A stretch of 49,799 nucleotides of DNA, taken from the IMG/VR virus record IMGVR_UViG_3300004806_000004, positions 1 to 49,799 of that record; one strand, given 5' to 3'. The notes beneath the pieces are model-generated. The model ran no database searches. It worked only from the letters and a program-made list of their open reading frames with translations, and was not told the origin of the DNA. Shown here one piece after another: positions 47,153 through 49,799 of the stretch. Each line of letters starts with the position of its first letter. Within the stretch, counting starts at the first letter, position 1. The translations under genes and the position numbers were made by a program. The DNA is from a virus (taxonomy: Duplodnaviria > Caudoviricetes).

Positions 47153-47168
47153 AGCAGTTTCTGTGCCA
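47153..47168 (-). promoter_or_regulatory. sigma54 -24/-12 promoter for the tail/ejection operon
   Basis: Minus strand reads (T)TGGCACAGAAACTGCT and occupies most of a 36-bp intergenic gap. Confidence 0.85.
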
Positions 47169-47177
47169 ACTATATCG

Positions 47178-47798
47178 TTAAGGATTAGACGTAGTAACTG
47201 ACAACCCGTTCGTCTGGCTGGCGGATGCTTGAGCGGAACCAATCGTCAAGATATTGTGACTACGATTTCCAGCAGTAACTCCAGCATTAGCATTGGTGTT
47301 GGCGCTACCACTAACAGTACCAGAGCCATAATCGGATTGATTGATAGCGATCGACGCACTGTGCAGCACGTTCGACGATACAGGAGTGATGATCTGATTG
47401 CCCTTGATGTTCCCACCTTGTAACCGTACCATCAAGAAGTACGAACTGCCGCCGGTGCCGGGAATCGGCACAGATGCCTCAGCATTGAACCCAGATACAT
47501 CTGTATTGTTCACAGCTTGAACTGTTGAACAGCCCGTACAGGCGCCCAAACCAACAGCTGCAACAATCAGTGTGCCCGTTTTCGTGATGTTCGCTACAGT
47601 CACTTTTACATCAGCAGATAGCTGCTCTCGTTTATCCCAGACAGAGTGGACGAATGATCCAATCGTAACGAAGGCAGCAATAAGCTGTTCCCAACCATTG
47701 CTGTCACTATAACCTTTTTGAACGAACCACACACCAACACCACTCAGCACATGACGGAGTAGTGATTTAATTAACGCATTTTGTAGCCAGTTGAACAT
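47178..47798 (-). CDS. Holin-like membrane protein with C-terminal lipoprotein-like extension
   Basis: LLRHVLSGVGVWFV and LIAAFVTIGSFVHSVWDK form a two-TM holin-like unit. A third hydrophobic stretch ends GLGACTGCS, followed by a polar beta-rich tail. Confidence 0.55.
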   Translation of the reverse strand: MFNWLQNALIKSLLRHVLSGVGVWFVQKGYSDSNGWEQLIAAFVTIGSFVHSVWDKREQLSADVKVTVANITKTGTLIVAAVGLGACTGCSTVQAVNNTDVSGFNAEASVPIPGTGGSSYFLMVRLQGGNIKGNQIITPVSSNVLHSASIAINQSDYGSGTVSGSANTNANAGVTAGNRSHNILTIGSAQASASQTNGLSVTTSNP

Positions 47799-47802
47799 AT
47801 AA

Positions 47803-48108
47803 TTAGTTTCTTTCTTTTTCTGCTTGTTGTGTCGAGGCTACCTTGATATCAGCAGATGTTGCATCTAGGTAACCTTCACCCTCATCTCCTGAGGGTAAAT
47901 CTGTTTTGATGTTAAATTTCCAGTACAATACATGTCTGATAGACGTGATCTGTTCTTGGACTCTAGTCAGTTGCTGATGCTCTTGGTACATCACATAGAG
48001 CATTGCACAACCTATTAAGATTTTCACACCGTGCAATCCATTTTGCTTTCCTTTTTCCATGGTAAATAGTTCTACTGCAAGTTCAATTAGTTTTATCATA
48101 TTAGTCAA
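47803..48108 (-). CDS. Small single-TM protein
   Basis: Hydrophobic VKILIGCAMLYVMY followed by a short coiled coil. Confidence 0.5.
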   Translation of the reverse strand: MTNMIKLIELAVELFTMEKGKQNGLHGVKILIGCAMLYVMYQEHQQLTRVQEQITSIRHVLYWKFNIKTDLPSGDEGEGYLDATSADIKVASTQQAEKERN

Positions 48109-48934
48109 CTTTGCTCAAAGTCCAAAAGTCATTAGCTAACTTTGGATTTTGTAGATATGCCATTGGAATTACAAAATAACCAGCTTGACCCCATTTGTCT
48201 CCCCAAGAGTTACGACATAGATACGATCCAGACTTTAGATTGTAGCCCACAATTAAAATGGCATGACCACCAATTGGCCAATCTGTTAAAGGATTGTCTA
48301 CACTTGAGTCAGGAGGATTATCAGGATCCAAATAAGGAGGCATAGGCACAACTCCAGTCTTTGCAACCTCGGGCATTTCAAATGACTCAAATACAGTAAA
48401 ACCTCCGATAACGGGGAATCCTTGGGCCAGGGTAGCAGTTATGGCTGTCTGATCAACAGCTAAGTGTTCAACTGCCAACTCATGAAGTGCTTCACCATAA
48501 CAAGTATCCAAAGGCTTTATGCTAAACAAATCTGTTTCACTGTGAAACATAGTTGAGTAGGGCCACATTGACTCAGGACAAACTCCAAGAGTAGAAACAG
48601 ACACTACTCCATCACGAATCTGTGCACCACTGTCTTGGTCAAGTGGAGTGCCCTCAGCTAGACGTGCATTAGCATAGATGAATAGCCGCGATGGGTGAAT
48701 CCAGGGTAATCCCTCTTTCTTTCTGCAGAAGTCAAAAGCAGCAGCGATTGCATTAGCAGTACAACTACCTATCGCTCCTTGCTCATATACTGGAGGAAGA
48801 AAACCAGTCTGCCGAAGATCAATAGAATCGGGCAGAGGATATACAGCTTTTTGGCAAAATTTCCTGTCACCATGAAACGGAAGCTGTGGCTTCCATCCAT
48901 ACCTACGTCCTAGTGTTGATTTGGCGCGTTTCAT
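48101..48934 (-). CDS. Papain-like (C1A) cysteine protease
   Basis: LPDSIDLR, QGAIGSCTAN (Gln/Cys), SRLFIY, GGHAILIVGY (His) and RNSWG..WG..GY (Asn). Confidence 0.92.
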   Translation of the reverse strand: MKRAKSTLGRRYGWKPQLPFHGDRKFCQKAVYPLPDSIDLRQTGFLPPVYEQGAIGSCTANAIAAAFDFCRKKEGLPWIHPSRLFIYANARLAEGTPLDQDSGAQIRDGVVSVSTLGVCPESMWPYSTMFHSETDLFSIKPLDTCYGEALHELAVEHLAVDQTAITATLAQGFPVIGGFTVFESFEMPEVAKTGVVPMPPYLDPDNPPDSSVDNPLTDWPIGGHAILIVGYNLKSGSYLCRNSWGDKWGQAGYFVIPMAYLQNPKLANDFWTLSKVD

Positions 48935-49089
48935 AAAAGTTTGGATTCACCGATTTTGATCGTCGCAGCGGAAATCCATTCCTCGTGGCGTTTCACCTGT
49001 TTAATGATCCCTTCCTGACCCAAGTCTTCATTGCCGACGAGGGCTGTGTGAATTTCGCGCAACAGTTGTTTGTCGTCTTGGTCACTCAT
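48931..49089 (-). CDS. Small hypothetical protein (52 aa, not in the ORF track)
   Basis: Read manually: MSDQDDKQLLREIHTALVGNEDLGQEGIIKQVKRHE...SKLL-stop, with an ATGA overlap into the protease gene. Confidence 0.55.
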   Translation of the reverse strand: MSDQDDKQLLREIHTALVGNEDLGQEGIIKQVKRHEEWISAATIKIGESKLL

Positions 49090-49114
49090 AAATAAAGTTG
49101 TTCGGCGGTTTTCA

Positions 49115-49705
49115 TCAGAAATTCGTTATTGCGCTGGTGAATATGATGTTGGTTCCAAAACCGGAATATCCCGGCAGGCCGGTGAAGGTGTAGTGCGACC
49201 GCGAGCCGAAATTCGTAGCTGGCGGCTGCACCACGCCATTGGGCCAGCAGACAAAGCTGTTGGAGAATCCCCCCTGGAAATTCGTGAAGTACCACGGGCC
49301 GCCAGCTGCTCCGGTGTTGGTCTGGATGATGTCCAGCGAGTAGATCACGCCCACGTTGATATTCGTGAAGAACACAAGCGGGTTCGTGGTGTTCGTGTAC
49401 AGAAACTGACAACCCCGGCTGCCGTCAAATATCGCCAGATTCGTGAACGGCATCACCACCAAGCCGACGTTCAGGTTGGTGATTACCAGATTGCCGGTTA
49501 TTGCCGTGCCGGAAAGATTCGTCAGGCCGGAGCCGTTGCCGGAAACGGTGCCATAGAAATTTCCATTCGTAACATATATTGTACCGAAAGCGTTTGTTGA
49601 CCTTCCAATATCTGAGCCGGGGTATAACGGGTTAGGCATCATGGAATTGGTAATTCCAGCATGAGCAAATCCGGACAGAATAAACAGAAATAATAAGTTT
49701 TTCAT
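49115..49705 (-). CDS. Exported TN-rich fibre-like protein
   Basis: Signal peptide MKNLLFLFILSGFAHA, fibre motif SGNGSGLTNL and 14 TN dipeptides in 196 aa. Confidence 0.65.
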   Translation of the reverse strand: MKNLLFLFILSGFAHAGITNSMMPNPLYPGSDIGRSTNAFGTIYVTNGNFYGTVSGNGSGLTNLSGTAITGNLVITNLNVGLVVMPFTNLAIFDGSRGCQFLYTNTTNPLVFFTNINVGVIYSLDIIQTNTGAAGGPWYFTNFQGGFSNSFVCWPNGVVQPPATNFGSRSHYTFTGLPGYSGFGTNIIFTSAITNF

Positions 49706-49709
49706 TTTG

Positions 49710-49799
49710 ATGTTTTAATATAGTTGCAGGTAGTTATTTAGATTCAGAAAATTAACCCCGTTTGTTAAACCTGTGGCAAACCATGCGGCCTGAATCACC
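49710..49799. repeat. 90-bp direct terminal repeat, right copy
   Basis: Identical to bases 1-90. Confidence 0.95.

Overview
This is a complete, circularly assembled genome of a tailed, podovirus-like phage that is probably lytic. It has 49,709 unique bp, and bases 1-90 recur exactly at 49710-49799. Two arms diverge from an AT-rich control region (~11.9-12.7 kb) and converge at ~31.73 kb. The + arm carries small early genes, an SF2 helicase, ATP-dependent ligase, Cas4/RecB-like nuclease, dNMP kinase, Sak4-like ATPase, SSB, a split UDG-exo/PolA polymerase and a DUF3987-like helicase. The - arm carries terminase, portal, scaffold, capsid, exported TN-rich proteins, two proteases, a holin-like gene, tail genes and ejection proteins. 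The main finding is an apparent phage-encoded sigma54 (RpoN) transcription programme. The phage encodes a GAFTGA-containing AAA+ enhancer-binding protein with neither a receiver domain nor an HTH. Seven TTGGCAY-N6-TGCT (-24/-12) promoters sit, correctly oriented, at the heads of its early, replication, packaging, capsid and tail transcription units. A second unusual feature is a block of signal-peptide-bearing, Thr-Asn-rich proteins directly behind the capsid gene. A Verrucomicrobiota/PVC host is my inference only. No searches were run, so all product calls rest on motifs read by eye and gene order.
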